A stretch of DNA of 64,000 bases from Leptolyngbyaceae cyanobacterium (GTDB lineage: Bacteria; Cyanobacteriota; Cyanobacteriia; Phormidesmidales; Phormidesmidaceae). This document shows positions 17,489 through 28,471 of this stretch, piece by piece (position 1 is the first letter of the stretch; every line of letters begins with the position of its first letter). The translations under genes and the position numbers were made by a program. The DNA lies in the NCBI GenBank assembly GCA_965263355.1, contig CBDHHL010000035.1, positions 1-64,000 of the forward strand, written 5' to 3'. The notes under the pieces are model-generated. The model searched no databases, was not told where the DNA came from, and was given only the letters and a program-made list of their open reading frames with translations.

Positions 17489-20476
17489 TTACAACACAGT
17501 TTTTAGTGTATTCCAAGCATTAGTTAACGTGGCCACGTTAACTGTACTATCGCCAAAAGCAACGATCTCATATGTCCTTTGATTTGCCTGGAAACTTAAC
17601 GAACCACCATTATTGAAGCCCCCTAGCCATAGCTCAACGGTTGGAACGCCAGTAGATGTATTTGATTGAGCCCCAACAACAGAACCATCTTTATACAAGG
17701 TTGTTGTTGTTGCGGCGGTCCTTTGTACGGCATGAACTCCAATGGTCGTAGTACCAGATATATTTTGCAGTGGAATATTATTGTCATTGTTAATTGTAAA
17801 GGTGCCCGCTGCGCTGTCGTCTGCCTTGACGAATACCGCATCTTGCAGACTTCCGCTACGTCCGCCAATATCAACCGTTACGCCAGAGTCATTGAGCCCA
17901 GAAGCAGTCCCCCAGAAAATTGTGGCTGAATTTTGAGCCCAATTGTTGGCAGGACTAGACGGAATAAAACCAGTTTCCAGGTAAGCATCTCCTACCGACC
18001 CATCCCCTAGTGTGTAGCCAGTTCCCGCAGTAAATGTTCCTGTGCCAACGACATTGGCGACAGTGGTTGCAGTTTTCAGATCAATCAATGCATCTGCAGC
18101 ATCTTGACCAGCTAGGATTAACAATCTATCTAGTCCTGAATAAGTATTGTCTGACTTCAGCGTGACAAAGAATTGATTTATAGCCGATTCCTGCGCTGTC
18201 GTATATGTCCCGTTTAATGCAGCCAAATAATTATCTGCATCAGGATCATTCTCTATAAACGTCAAATCAGCATCTAACGCAGGAAGTTCAACATCAAGCG
18301 TTAATGCTGTCGGCGTTGATGCGGTTAAATCAACATCTAAAGCAGGCAATTCAACGTCTAGGGTTAATACTGTCGGCGTTGATATTGTTAAGCCAGCATC
18401 TAAAACAGGGAGTTCAATGTCTAGGGTCAATGGTGTTGCAACAACCGCCGCTGTCACATCAACATCTAGCGCAGGGAGTTCAACATTAAGGGTCAATAGC
18501 GTCGTTGTCGTGATTGGACTAGTTACCACATCCGGCGTTGCCCCAACTTCGCCAATCAAACCAACGTTACATCCAAATAGAGTCTCAGTTAAATTTGACG
18601 AGATGCTAAACCCGTTCAAAAAGTAAGCTTCAATATTTCCATCGACAGTCACATCGACCCGCGATACCGGGTCAAAAGCAGTGAATAATTCTGTCGGGAT
18701 TGCTCCAATAAATGAACGACCCAGACTTAACCCGTGCTGCCATTTTGCCGCCCATTCTGCTAGATCATTGCACTGGCGATCGCTCACAATCACGTCAGCA
18801 TTAACCCGAATTGTCCCTTCCTTCCATTTATGGGCATTCCCAGAGATTGGCTGGACCGTAACTGACCCCGTAAATTCTTGATGCTCCTCTGTATAAATAC
18901 TTTCCTGGTACTCAATATCTGGTGGCCTCGTTGAACCGTCACTGGCCTGCAAGGTGAAGGTCAGGTCAGGATCTGGATTGTTCACCAGGGTCTCAGGATT
19001 GGCCCCCGTATAATTTTTGAAAATCACCCCCCTAGGCTGCTGAGTAACTTGCTCAACACGCCACGCCTCAATCGCAGGATCTCCACTAACGTCCAGTACT
19101 CTAGTCCAGGTAGTCGTTTGAATTGAATAATCACGTTCTAAAAAGCGATTTAATTCATAGTTGGTAGGTGTTTTTTCGCCCCATTCCCAGAGGCACCATG
19201 GCCGACGTTCTGTGATAGTTCTTGAACTGACTACGCCTAAAATATTGTCGTAAGTGTAGGTCGTGGTCGTTTGACTGTTGTCAAGTAGTGTCAGGGCTAA
19301 ATTATTTTCTTCCTCTCTGAATGCATCGCCACCGCTAAGCCCCCGTGCTTTACGAATCAGCTCAACCGTTTCAGTTAATCGTTTAGTGATTCCGTTATAT
19401 CGATGGGTAATCGAACTATCTTCAGAATCTTGCAGGCCATTATTCGTATTATCGGCATCTGTCAGCAACGTCGGCACAACGCCAGAATTGTCCGTAGTGA
19501 GAACTCTAGGCTGTATCTGTAATTCAGCTTGGCGTTCTACATACGTGATAACTGTTTCCGGCGCGCCTCCCGAAGGGGTTATTGTTTTAGTCTCAGTGCT
19601 GGTCAAGGATGTGTAGCCAGGGCCAGGAACAGTGCGATCGATTACGCTAGGATTTTCAATCTCTTGAGCGAGGTCTGAACCGCCCGTTACTGTTAATTCT
19701 CCCGGCGGTCGTTCTTCAAGGTTGACTGGCCTCCACTCACTTTCGTCGCCCCCGTCACTAATGGTTAGACTAAAATCAGGAGTTGTTTTGAGTGTAAAGT
19801 CGGCTGGGGTGAGTCTTAATTCTTCATTGGAATCAAGCCAAGCAACATATTTTTGAGCCGATGCTATTTCCCCTATCTCACGCACTGTTGACCGGGTAGA
19901 TTTTTTCTGGACAGCTGTGTTAACTGAATAACCACCCGAGATCGCATCTGACGATGTTGGTATCCCTATTTGGGTTGCTATATTACGAATTAACGTTGTG
20001 GGGGGTGTGGCTATTCCCTGAGTGATTCCTGAGTAATTATTTTCTGGATAAATTTCCCCCTCTTGGTTTTGAAGGCTGCTTAAATCCCCTAAGTTCAACG
20101 TCAAAAAACGTGTATCTAAATCTAACGGCGTCACTTCCCTCAATATATAAAAAGGTGGCCAGAATCGCTCATAAGTTGAGCCTGTCCATATTTCTAAAAT
20201 GACCCGATTACCAATAGCTAATAATGATGCCCCTGTGGGGGTGGATTGTGTATCTCTGTTGTCAAGCAACAACGAGATTTCCCCGCGATTCAGTGTCAAG
20301 TCAGCCGTCCATGTCAGCCATCCGTTAAGACTGTCCCCAGATCTCAGTTCTTCAAGATCGATGTCGATGCTACTCAGGACTGTGGAAACGTCGTGAGGCC
20401 CATCGATGACATTTCTGTCAGCGTCAAGGATTTCAATATTGCAACGCCAATCACTAGCAGAAACATCTACAGTCAC
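17489..20476 (-). CDS. Large tail/baseplate-hub protein with internal repeats and a C-terminal LamG-like domain
   Basis: 995 aa, Thr-rich, four LTL(D/N)(V/I)ELP(A/V)LD repeats, TLYKDG beta-sandwich motif; downstream of the tape measure. Confidence 0.65.
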   Translation of the reverse strand: MTVDVSASDWRCNIEILDADRNVIDGPHDVSTVLSSIDIDLEELRSGDSLNGWLTWTADLTLNRGEISLLLDNRDTQSTPTGASLLAIGNRVILEIWTGSTYERFWPPFYILREVTPLDLDTRFLTLNLGDLSSLQNQEGEIYPENNYSGITQGIATPPTTLIRNIATQIGIPTSSDAISGGYSVNTAVQKKSTRSTVREIGEIASAQKYVAWLDSNEELRLTPADFTLKTTPDFSLTISDGGDESEWRPVNLEERPPGELTVTGGSDLAQEIENPSVIDRTVPGPGYTSLTSTETKTITPSGGAPETVITYVERQAELQIQPRVLTTDNSGVVPTLLTDADNTNNGLQDSEDSSITHRYNGITKRLTETVELIRKARGLSGGDAFREEENNLALTLLDNSQTTTTYTYDNILGVVSSRTITERRPWCLWEWGEKTPTNYELNRFLERDYSIQTTTWTRVLDVSGDPAIEAWRVEQVTQQPRGVIFKNYTGANPETLVNNPDPDLTFTLQASDGSTRPPDIEYQESIYTEEHQEFTGSVTVQPISGNAHKWKEGTIRVNADVIVSDRQCNDLAEWAAKWQHGLSLGRSFIGAIPTELFTAFDPVSRVDVTVDGNIEAYFLNGFSISSNLTETLFGCNVGLIGEVGATPDVVTSPITTTTLLTLNVELPALDVDVTAAVVATPLTLDIELPVLDAGLTISTPTVLTLDVELPALDVDLTASTPTALTLDVELPALDADLTFIENDPDADNYLAALNGTYTTAQESAINQFFVTLKSDNTYSGLDRLLILAGQDAADALIDLKTATTVANVVGTGTFTAGTGYTLGDGSVGDAYLETGFIPSSPANNWAQNSATIFWGTASGLNDSGVTVDIGGRSGSLQDAVFVKADDSAAGTFTINNDNNIPLQNISGTTTIGVHAVQRTAATTTTLYKDGSVVGAQSNTSTGVPTVELWLGGFNNGGSLSFQANQRTYEIVAFGDSTVNVATLTNAWNTLKTVL

Positions 20477-21504
20477 TACGCACTGGCCCCCAGTTCTCGA
20501 AACGCAATATCCACAAGCACTTTAGTGTTATCCCCACTTTTTGGCGATACACTCAGTTTTTCATGCTGACCAACGTTGAAAGACCCGAAATAACGGGTTT
20601 GTCCATTACTGATATCTTCAACCCCTGTTGCAATTGCCCTGGTCCGTGGAGTTGGCTCAGAGATTTCACTCGTCAGGTCTGTGAGCGTAATATTGCCCCC
20701 CTGGTCTCGCCATCGGCTCAGTAGCGAACGTAACTCTTTTAGCTCAGTTAGGGTTAGTTCTGCTCCCTGAATCGACCATTCTTGTTTATAAGTCCCTAGC
20801 CGAACCCCAGTTATGTTGGGATTCTCCCTTAGAGAATAGTCAATATTGACTGACTTGCTGGGGCCTCGAATATACGGGTTCGAGAGGATCGTAAAATCAA
20901 CCTGGAATTCAGTGCTGTAAGCGATACGAATAGTCCCCGACAGCTGGGCTGTAATCCCGTCGCTATCGATTGGGTTAATGCGCTCCAGGATGGCAAAATC
21001 AGCGCCCTCACCACTAGTCTCTTCGGTAGCGGTTGTACTGGCCCCCAGCCGAGAACGCCATGGTCCATCCATGAGGAGATAACAAGGCGCTTCATAATAA
21101 GTAAGCGAGCGAGTAGCAACGGTAATGGGAGTGCCAGTAGCTGTACGGAAATTAATATTTGTGATTTCCGCTGTGTCAAACCGCCACCATTCATCTCGAA
21201 ACCGGAGTTCGCCCTTCTGGATTCCAATGCTTGCGCTACTATCGCCACGCTTTTGGAGCGTTCTTAAATAATTTAATAAGGCAGTCTTTTCAATACTGTC
21301 GGCCATCTGAAACGTATAGAGCCTAGCTTCTGCTGCATTTTCTTGTAGCGTCAGAATGCCGGTTTCGGTCAACTCTTCGTAACGCAGCTGACCAAGATCT
21401 TCATACGTGACTAACTCCTGAGCTGATCGACTGATGACCAGATCGGGAGTGCCTGCTAACTTTGCGGCAGGAGACCAGATTGTGAATTTACGTGTGACTG
21501 ACAT
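20476..21504 (-). CDS. Distal tail-like protein
   Basis: Directly after the tape measure; appears internally duplicated. Confidence 0.5.
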   Translation of the reverse strand: MSVTRKFTIWSPAAKLAGTPDLVISRSAQELVTYEDLGQLRYEELTETGILTLQENAAEARLYTFQMADSIEKTALLNYLRTLQKRGDSSASIGIQKGELRFRDEWWRFDTAEITNINFRTATGTPITVATRSLTYYEAPCYLLMDGPWRSRLGASTTATEETSGEGADFAILERINPIDSDGITAQLSGTIRIAYSTEFQVDFTILSNPYIRGPSKSVNIDYSLRENPNITGVRLGTYKQEWSIQGAELTLTELKELRSLLSRWRDQGGNITLTDLTSEISEPTPRTRAIATGVEDISNGQTRYFGSFNVGQHEKLSVSPKSGDNTKVLVDIAFRELGASA

Positions 21505-21569
21505 CAGGAAACGGCTTAGCCTGTCAGCATTCTAGCCTAAAGTTGCATAAGCAACCGTTGTATATACAA

Positions 21570-24500
21570 CTACGACTTATATCTTGAGTGCCTTGCCAGT
21601 CGTGTTGTTGTCTTCTGCCCTAGCTTCCCGTCCTTGGTCAGTTGTACTAATTCGCCAAGTAGTCCAGTTTGTTGCATTAGTTCGCCCATGTCCAGTGCTT
21701 GGAGCTGAGCGCCCCCAGCGACAACAGACGGGATAGTAGCAGGCTGAATCAATGGTCTCCCCTGAGGGCCGTTAACTAATCCCTGGACATCATTGCGGTT
21801 CAAGACATAGCCCCCAGATCCTTGATATAGCCCGTCTGAAGTTACAGCATGGATTGGCTGGCCAGTGGCTATCGCGTTCACTGCTGCGCTGCGGGTAGGC
21901 GCGCCAGGGACCAATATTTCCCCACTATGAATTAACGCGGGGCGGTAAGCGGGCAGAACGCCACCAGTATCTAGGCTAGGAATCTCAGAAGTCTGAGCCT
22001 GAGTTGAATTACCAAGAGCGTCAGACAGCGACTGATAAGCGGCCAGTCGTCGTTCTGCTTCGTTAGCGAGTTGAGTTTCAAGCGCCAACTGCTCCCGTGC
22101 GGAGCCAATCAGCTCTATATTTGTTTGTGCCAATGCCTGAGCAGAACTGAGTTCTTTGGCGGCAGACTGAACGCGAGCATCCCTGAGGCCAATTAATGTT
22201 TGCTCTGCTTCTATCCTGGCTGCATCAGAGATATCATCCTGTTGGTTGGCAAACGTTTGGGCTCTTTGCCTCACTCCTTCATTGATATCGCCCAATTCTG
22301 TAGCCAGTTGTTGGGCTTCGGCAGCAACGCCACGGGCAAACTCAAAGGATTCTCGGGCTTGTTGGGCAGCTAACGCCTGACTGGCATCGTTGTTCAATTG
22401 CTGCACAACGGCTTCACGATTGCGCGCTTGTCCTATCGCTTGACGCTGTTCTGAAATTGCCTCATCTGTTCGACTGACGCCCTCGCGAGCAATTTCGGCC
22501 CCACGGGCATTCCCTGCAGCTTCGGCCTTGTCAGCCTCTAGCTCTAGAAGTGTCCGCTGGAATTGCAGCTCTCTTAGCCTGCTTTGTTCTCGCTGCGTTT
22601 CTCGTTGGGCTTCTAAGGTTCTAAGCTGATTCTGGAATTGTAGTTGGGCACGGGCAGCTGCCTGTTCAGCGGCTAGTGCTTGCGCACGGAGTTCAATTTC
22701 TTCTTTCTTTCGCTGAAGAATCTCATTGGCAATATCTGACTCTTGGGCATTGCGTCTAAAGCCCAAATTCTCTAACTCTTGCTCTAGCTGCTTCCTGCGT
22801 TCTGCGCTTAAGTTTTCATTATTGTTCAGCTCTTGACGTATCTCTAGCGCCCGTTCAGCGTCAGCTGTATCAGCGCCAGCCAATGACTGAGCTAGGCTAT
22901 TGCGCTCACGGATAAGCACCAGTTGGGACTCAAATAAATCTTTTTGTTGGTTGAGCGAGGCGATAACCCGACTCTCAGCTTCCTCCCTTAGCCTCAGTCG
23001 TTCTTGTTGCAAACCCTGAAGTCGCTGCTCGTCTTCTATCTGGGTATCGATAGCGGCTACTGCTGAAGCACGGGCGGCTTCTTCTGCTGCTGCATTGGCC
23101 TCAGAAAGCTGAATTCGTAATTCAGATAATGCAATTTCGGCCTGCCGACGGCGACGGGTGCCTTCTTCGTATACATCAACCCGTTGCTCTTGTAATTGAA
23201 TTTCTTGTGCTATCCTTTCCCGTTCAGCATCAGACCTGAGCTGACCGATACGGGCTTGGATCTGTTGTTCTGTGATTTCAGCGTTTTTAGCACGTTCTGC
23301 CAGTAGTAGCTGCTCTTCCTGAAAAATTGTGCGACGGGCATTGAGGGCAATATCTCGAATGTCGTCTTGGGCTCGATCTATCTCAGCGATGCGAGCTTGC
23401 TCAATCTCGCGTTGCCCTTGGACCGCTAATGTTTTTAATTCAGCCTGAAGCGTCTGAGCTTGAGCTTTAGCCTGAGTGATAGCGGCATCGGATGCATTGC
23501 TACTGGTTAACTCCTCAACCAACGATCTCTGTGCTGTGATCTGCTCCTGTAGAGACTGCTGTCTAAGCTGATTCAATCGTGTAATTTGTTCAGCTGTGGC
23601 CTGCTCCTCTTGGTCAATCTGGGCTTGAACTAATGAAATTTCACTATCAATAGCTGCTTTGCGTTCTGCAACTTGAGCTTCACGGATCTGTCGGGACGAG
23701 TCACGATTCAACGCTTCTCGTTCAGCCGTTAATTGCTTTTCTTGATTAAGGAGATCATTTAGAGTCCTTTGAGAGCCTGCATCCTGAGCAAGCAGTTCTT
23801 TTTCTGTAGCGATCGCCTCTCTAGTTTGGGAGATCCGCTGTTCTAGCGCCTGTTGCCTTAATGCCGATGTGCGCCCAATAGCATCAGCGGTTCCTTTCTC
23901 TTCCTCTGAAAGACCAGCTTCAACCGCCGATAATTCCGTTTCGATGCTGGCTAACTTTTCATCGCTAACCTGCTTTTGAATTTTTCGTACTTCATTCGCT
24001 AAGGCTAGTTTTTGCCCCAGCTCTAAACCAGGCGCTTCAATCGCTTTGTTCAGCCTGGAAATTGCATCTTCCCCAGACAATTCCCCAGCATCGAATAACT
24101 GATTGATGCCCTCTTGGAGTGTTTTGATGTTCTGAGAAACTTTTTCAAGGGTGCCGTTTGAACCATCGGCTAGATTCTTCAGTGCGCTGTCAGTGCGAGT
24201 AGCGACTTCTTCAAACGTGTCGGCAACGTCAGGGAGTTCTCTAGCCAATACTTTAAGATCATTCCCTACGTCTTGGAGACTGTCTGTGGATTCGTCTAAC
24301 TTATCGTTCCATCCTTCAAGGGCTTCAATCTGAGAACGTATCGCCTTACGCTGCTTTTCAGTGACAGGGCTCAGTTCCCTAAGTGACTCGATTTGAGCTT
24401 CGTTTGCTGCGATCTGGTCCTCAGCTAATGTTCTTAGCTGTCTTCGAGCGGACTCAGATTTATCTCCAGCATTTTCAATCGAATCAATCAGCTTTTGTGA

Positions 24501-25832
24501 GCCTGCCGCCGCTACCTCTGTAGCATTGCCATAAGCTGCCAATGCATCATCAACGTTCTGCAGCCCCCCAAAAACGAAATTAAACGCTGTCCCAAGCGCT
24601 TGGACTGTATCGACAAGTAATTCAACCTTATCAACCGCCCCAGCCAGTACTGATTGAATCTGAGGGCCAAATATCTCAAGCAGTCGCCCTATCGCTTGGA
24701 ACCCATCCAAAAGAAGGGCCAACACATATTCTGCTTCGTCACCCAAATCAGCCAATGGGGACAATATCTTTCCAATTTCCTCGGCAATGTCGCTAATTGC
24801 CTCTAATGCGACCTGTATTTCAGCGACAATAGCCCCTTCGTTCTCGCTGACCAGGTTAAATATTTCAAGCAAGCCATTGGCAATTGGGTCCAACAGGTCT
24901 GCTGTGGACTCCCTAGCGATACGCTCTGTTAGAGATATAAAGTTACTGGATACATTGCTGATAGAGTTAGCGGCTAAATTGGCCGCATCTTCAAACCCGC
25001 TCAACCGGTTGATGAGTTGATCAACCAGAACGCCTTGCTGCTGCCATCGCTGGATCGTTTCACGGTCAATCGCCAACGCTCGGGCTAACTGGGAATCAGC
25101 CGTAATGTCGCCCGTGATTAAATCGCCAATCTCTTGATAAATTTGCGTTGTATCGCTCAGATTGTTGGCCGACAGTGCAGCCGTTAGGCTCGCCGCTAAC
25201 TCAGTAGACGCTTCAATTGTGTTGCTAAATTGCTGGGTTTGGCCATTGAGCATCCCCACCTTACCGATCACGGCGTCAAATGCTGTCACGGTTTGTTGAT
25301 CGGTAACGCCTGCGATGTTTTCGGTGCGTTTTTCTAGTTCTACAAGAGCCGCCCTTAGTTCTGGCTGCAGTGCCTTGATCGCTTCAACGCCTTCAACCAG
25401 ATTGCCGCCAATTTCTACTCGGCTAGTCGCTGCAATATTGGCAGCATTCTTAAGCAGCTGTTGGTTAAGCTGTTCACTCAAACCAATGGTCTTTGAGTAG
25501 AAGGTTTGGGCTAACGAAAAAGCACCTTGTAGCGCAGACTGGACAGCCAAGAATGAGGTAGCGATAGCAGTGATGGCCTGAGCTGTTGGCTTGCCTCCCT
25601 TAGCTGTTTCGTTATTAAACTTTTTCGCTTGCCCCGATAAACTGGCCAGCTCTGACTCAAGTTTTTGGATCTTCCCAAGCAACTGATCTATTTGCTTGGT
25701 ATCCCCACCAATTTGCCCGCTGTCTTTGGCCGCCTTGTTTAGCGATTCGAGCTGTGAGATTAATTCAGCAATTTTCTTTTGCTGCTTTGTGACAATCTCA
25801 ATGATTAACTGCAGCTTGCGTTGAGCGACCAT
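21570..25832 (-). CDS. Tail tape measure protein
   Basis: 1420 aa, Ala/Gln/Glu-rich coiled coil; C-terminal LDTGG...ALIHSGEILVP motif. Confidence 0.85.
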   Translation of the reverse strand: MVAQRKLQLIIEIVTKQQKKIAELISQLESLNKAAKDSGQIGGDTKQIDQLLGKIQKLESELASLSGQAKKFNNETAKGGKPTAQAITAIATSFLAVQSALQGAFSLAQTFYSKTIGLSEQLNQQLLKNAANIAATSRVEIGGNLVEGVEAIKALQPELRAALVELEKRTENIAGVTDQQTVTAFDAVIGKVGMLNGQTQQFSNTIEASTELAASLTAALSANNLSDTTQIYQEIGDLITGDITADSQLARALAIDRETIQRWQQQGVLVDQLINRLSGFEDAANLAANSISNVSSNFISLTERIARESTADLLDPIANGLLEIFNLVSENEGAIVAEIQVALEAISDIAEEIGKILSPLADLGDEAEYVLALLLDGFQAIGRLLEIFGPQIQSVLAGAVDKVELLVDTVQALGTAFNFVFGGLQNVDDALAAYGNATEVAAAGSQKLIDSIENAGDKSESARRQLRTLAEDQIAANEAQIESLRELSPVTEKQRKAIRSQIEALEGWNDKLDESTDSLQDVGNDLKVLARELPDVADTFEEVATRTDSALKNLADGSNGTLEKVSQNIKTLQEGINQLFDAGELSGEDAISRLNKAIEAPGLELGQKLALANEVRKIQKQVSDEKLASIETELSAVEAGLSEEEKGTADAIGRTSALRQQALEQRISQTREAIATEKELLAQDAGSQRTLNDLLNQEKQLTAEREALNRDSSRQIREAQVAERKAAIDSEISLVQAQIDQEEQATAEQITRLNQLRQQSLQEQITAQRSLVEELTSSNASDAAITQAKAQAQTLQAELKTLAVQGQREIEQARIAEIDRAQDDIRDIALNARRTIFQEEQLLLAERAKNAEITEQQIQARIGQLRSDAERERIAQEIQLQEQRVDVYEEGTRRRRQAEIALSELRIQLSEANAAAEEAARASAVAAIDTQIEDEQRLQGLQQERLRLREEAESRVIASLNQQKDLFESQLVLIRERNSLAQSLAGADTADAERALEIRQELNNNENLSAERRKQLEQELENLGFRRNAQESDIANEILQRKKEEIELRAQALAAEQAAARAQLQFQNQLRTLEAQRETQREQSRLRELQFQRTLLELEADKAEAAGNARGAEIAREGVSRTDEAISEQRQAIGQARNREAVVQQLNNDASQALAAQQARESFEFARGVAAEAQQLATELGDINEGVRQRAQTFANQQDDISDAARIEAEQTLIGLRDARVQSAAKELSSAQALAQTNIELIGSAREQLALETQLANEAERRLAAYQSLSDALGNSTQAQTSEIPSLDTGGVLPAYRPALIHSGEILVPGAPTRSAAVNAIATGQPIHAVTSDGLYQGSGGYVLNRNDVQGLVNGPQGRPLIQPATIPSVVAGGAQLQALDMGELMQQTGLLGELVQLTKDGKLGQKTTTRLARHSRYKS

Positions 25833-25989
25833 AGGAGCGATAAGTCAGGATGGCTCTATGGTAGCCTCTACCTATCTAACATCAAGCCCAAACATCATCG
25901 CTCCTTCAAAAGCCTCAGGGTCATAAGCGATCAGTTCGATGCCATCTTGCGGACTGAGTTCTACCCTGTAAAGAGACAAGTCTGCGTTA

Positions 25990-26244
25990 TCAATCCTTAT
26001 CTCTAAACTGATCCATCGCTAATAACCTCGCGGTTGTTTCCTCGACGAGCTGCAAACCGTATTCATTTAAGACGGCTTCAGCCCGCCATAGTTCAGTCGG
26101 CTCAGCCAGAAACCATAAGCCTCCAACATCAATGCCGCATTCAATTCCTCTTTGCTTCAGCTGGTCTAAAGCAGCGACGTCGTTTTTGTAATCGCCTGTT
26201 GCGTCGGCTTTATATTCAGTCATCAAGTTCAAATACGAATCCAT
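25990..26244 (-). CDS. Hypothetical protein
   Basis: ORF with GGAG RBS. Confidence 0.5.
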   Translation of the reverse strand: MDSYLNLMTEYKADATGDYKNDVAALDQLKQRGIECGIDVGGLWFLAEPTELWRAEAVLNEYGLQLVEETTARLLAMDQFRDKD

Positions 26245-26308
26245 TCATTCCATTCTCCGCTATCAACATCGCAGGCAGTTTAACGCCATGCCTAGGGCGA
26301 CTTGAAAA

Positions 26309-26494
26309 CTATTGAGGCACCGTTAATGCTGCCCAATGGGTTATTCCCATGTCATCCAGACTTCGTTCTGTATTGGCATCTTCCCAGCGCCCGTCGGTGT
26401 AGCTGGCAAGAAAATAGCCATGGTCAGGCGAATACGCCAGCACTGGTGCCCATTCATTGGGCTTGTGGTCATCGTCAACACTAATCCAATTCAT
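26309..26494 (-). CDS. DUF551-like phage protein
   Basis: MNWISVDD..P.....VL ... ITHW signature. Confidence 0.75.
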   Translation of the reverse strand: MNWISVDDDHKPNEWAPVLAYSPDHGYFLASYTDGRWEDANTERSLDDMGITHWAALTVPQ

Positions 26495-26573
26495 AATCTC
26501 TACCGTATCTTTTCTCCTGGCTGACAATCCCAAAGTAGCGACCTATATTTTAGTTGTCAAGTAATTTCTTGAC

Positions 26574-26613
26574 AAAAAAGAACCCCGCTAACCATACCCC
26601 GGTTAGCGGGGTT
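26574..26613 (-). terminator. Intrinsic terminator, duplicated at 27084-27123
   Basis: 13-bp stem AACCCCGCTAACC/GGTTAGCGGGGTT plus minus-strand T-tract. Confidence 0.8.
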
Positions 26614-26630
26614 ACTAATGAGTAAGGCCA

Positions 26631-26990
26631 TCAAAACCCTTTGATGACATGAAAGCTACCAACCAAGAATTTCTCGCCTGTGCGAATGCATCGAGCGTAG
26701 CCTTCCTTAAGGTAGACTGCTGGAGTTTTCCCCAGAGTTACAATAAAATCCTCAGTGCATGGGCTCTGAGAAAAGCATTCGACACCTTCCATCCCCTCTA
26801 AAGCGGACTGGATAGTTTCAGTCTGTCGAATAACGCGAGGCATCCCGTCGTCGTCAGGACGTTCTGCGTCACTAACTTGAAATTCGATTTTATCGAATCT
26901 AGTTAGTACAACAGCCAAGCAATAGCGGGAAAAATCGCCAAATGTAGCCTGAGCAAGAATTTCAGCAGAACGACGAGTAACAACAGCCAT
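26631..26990 (-). CDS. Hypothetical cassette protein
   Basis: Own promoter, GGAGG RBS and terminator. Confidence 0.7.
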   Translation of the reverse strand: MAVVTRRSAEILAQATFGDFSRYCLAVVLTRFDKIEFQVSDAERPDDDGMPRVIRQTETIQSALEGMEGVECFSQSPCTEDFIVTLGKTPAVYLKEGYARCIRTGEKFLVGSFHVIKGF

Positions 26991-27122
26991 AAGTCAAAAA
27001 CCTCCGGAAGGGAAAACAAATCGGTTGCCCGACATGTCTTAATACTAAGAGATCCCTTTTCAAATGTCAAGTGTTTTCTTGACAAAAAAGAACCCCGCTA
27101 ACCGGGGTGTGGTTAGCGAGGT

Positions 27123-27449
27123 TTAGATGGTGTTGGCTGCCTTAGATTGCCAATAGCGGTACTTTTTAATAGCAGAATCAAAGCACTCTTTAAGAGTTCC
27201 GTTGACTTGATTTCGTAGGGGTTGCCATGATCTGTCTTTGGTGTAGTTTGTAACCACTTCAAAGAAAACCTCATATCCTGGCTGACCAATCCAGTTAACT
27301 CCGTATCTTGTGCCGACAATCTCAATGCAGTTAGTGCCAACGGCCTTGAGTTGAAAGTTTTGATTTTCTGCAAGAGCCTTTAGTTCGGGCATTTGCTGCA
27401 AAAAAAGCAACTGGTTGGACTGACGAAAATCAGAAGGACGCATAATCAT
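27123..27449 (-). CDS. Hypothetical cassette protein
   Basis: Own promoter, AAGGAG RBS and terminator. Confidence 0.7.
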   Translation of the reverse strand: MIMRPSDFRQSNQLLFLQQMPELKALAENQNFQLKAVGTNCIEIVGTRYGVNWIGQPGYEVFFEVVTNYTKDRSWQPLRNQVNGTLKECFDSAIKKYRYWQSKAANTI

Positions 27450-27584
27450 TTCTCCTTTTTGTTATGCTGCTCAGGCTTTTTCGGCTATGTCCTTTTGGGT
27501 GAGCCGGTGCGTGCCCTGCTTGCTTTGTTACTAACAAGTATGCCTTTTTTATTTTCAGATGTCAAGTGTTTTCTTGACAAAAAA

Positions 27585-28079
27585 TCAGACTAATAAATCC
27601 ATCCTGTAATTTTCGGCTTCCCTCACAAAGTACGATAGTCCATGGCGCAAACAGAAAGAATAAGCAACGTCAGCAGCCATATCATTTAGCATGATGTCTC
27701 TTCCGCCCCAACGGATTGAATATCCTTTCTTATTTTTCTTCAGCTGGTAGCCACTTACAAGATCTCTATTTTTCTTAAGCCCAGTCACAAGGACTAGGTA
27801 CTCACATACAAATTCGTGCCATGTTTTTTCTTGTGCCGAATTGACAGACAGTAGGCTTTCTATGGCTTGCTGCCTTTTTGATTTCGGCTTGATGGTTGTT
27901 TCCTCCACTGAAACTATCGCTCCATACTTAGCCGCGATCGCCATGGCTTCTTTTTGGTCTTTAGCCTGGATAAACTCAATCGCATAGAAAAGATTTTCGG
28001 ATTCTTCCCACGATCTATCGCCCACTAGCCCAAGCTGTCTAGGTGGGATTTGTGTTTTGACTTTAAATACTTTTGCCAT
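27585..28079 (-). CDS. Hypothetical cassette protein
   Basis: Own promoter and GAGG RBS. Confidence 0.7.
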   Translation of the reverse strand: MAKVFKVKTQIPPRQLGLVGDRSWEESENLFYAIEFIQAKDQKEAMAIAAKYGAIVSVEETTIKPKSKRQQAIESLLSVNSAQEKTWHEFVCEYLVLVTGLKKNRDLVSGYQLKKNKKGYSIRWGGRDIMLNDMAADVAYSFCLRHGLSYFVREAENYRMDLLV

Positions 28080-28201
28080 TGCTCGGCCTCAATTACACTT
28101 CAAATGCTAAACGATAGCTTTTCAGGTGTCAAGTAATTTCTTGACTATTTGCAAAATGAATTTTGCTTTGCTATAGTCCAGATGTGAATATTAAGATTGA
28201 C

Positions 28202-28471
28202 ATGAAATTAAGCGAATTCATTGAGGCACTGCCAGACCTTTTGATTGAATGGAGGAAGTCAGAAGTCCCTGTCAAGGCGCAAGCCGCTAGAGCGTTGGGG
28301 TTAAATAGCAGGCAAGGGATTGATGAAAGGGAAAAGAAGCTCCCTAACGCTCAGCTTGGCTCTATATTGGAGTATGTAAAAATGCTCGAAAAAGAGTCCA
28401 ATAATAGTCCAGCGGTAATCATACTGCCAATAAAAAGCTTGACAGAAAAGACTTCTGGCGATGTTGATTAG
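28202..28471 (+). CDS. XRE-like HTH regulator, divergent from the cassette array
   Basis: KAQAARALGLNSRQGIDEREKK..NAQLGSILEYVKML. Confidence 0.65.
   Translation: MKLSEFIEALPDLLIEWRKSEVPVKAQAARALGLNSRQGIDEREKKLPNAQLGSILEYVKMLEKESNNSPAVIILPIKSLTEKTSGDVD

Larger units (their letters stand above)
26555..28146 (-). promoter_or_regulatory. Four copies of operator palindrome TGTCAAG-N6-CTTGAC(A/T), each overlapping a leftward -35 box
   Basis: Copies at 26555-26574, 27065-27084, 27560-27579 and 28127-28146; each gives TTGACA-17-(TACTTT/TAGTAT/CATACT/TAGCAT) on the minus strand. Confidence 0.85.

Noticed and set aside
17623..25500. Many short antisense or overlapping ORFs in the six-frame track, here and across the head genes
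   Set aside because: They are shadows of long structural genes, with no RBS or motif support.
27450..27540. Riboswitch in the long leader of ORF 27123..27449
   Set aside because: Some pairing potential, but no match to c-di-GMP or glutamine aptamer consensus that could be supported by eye.
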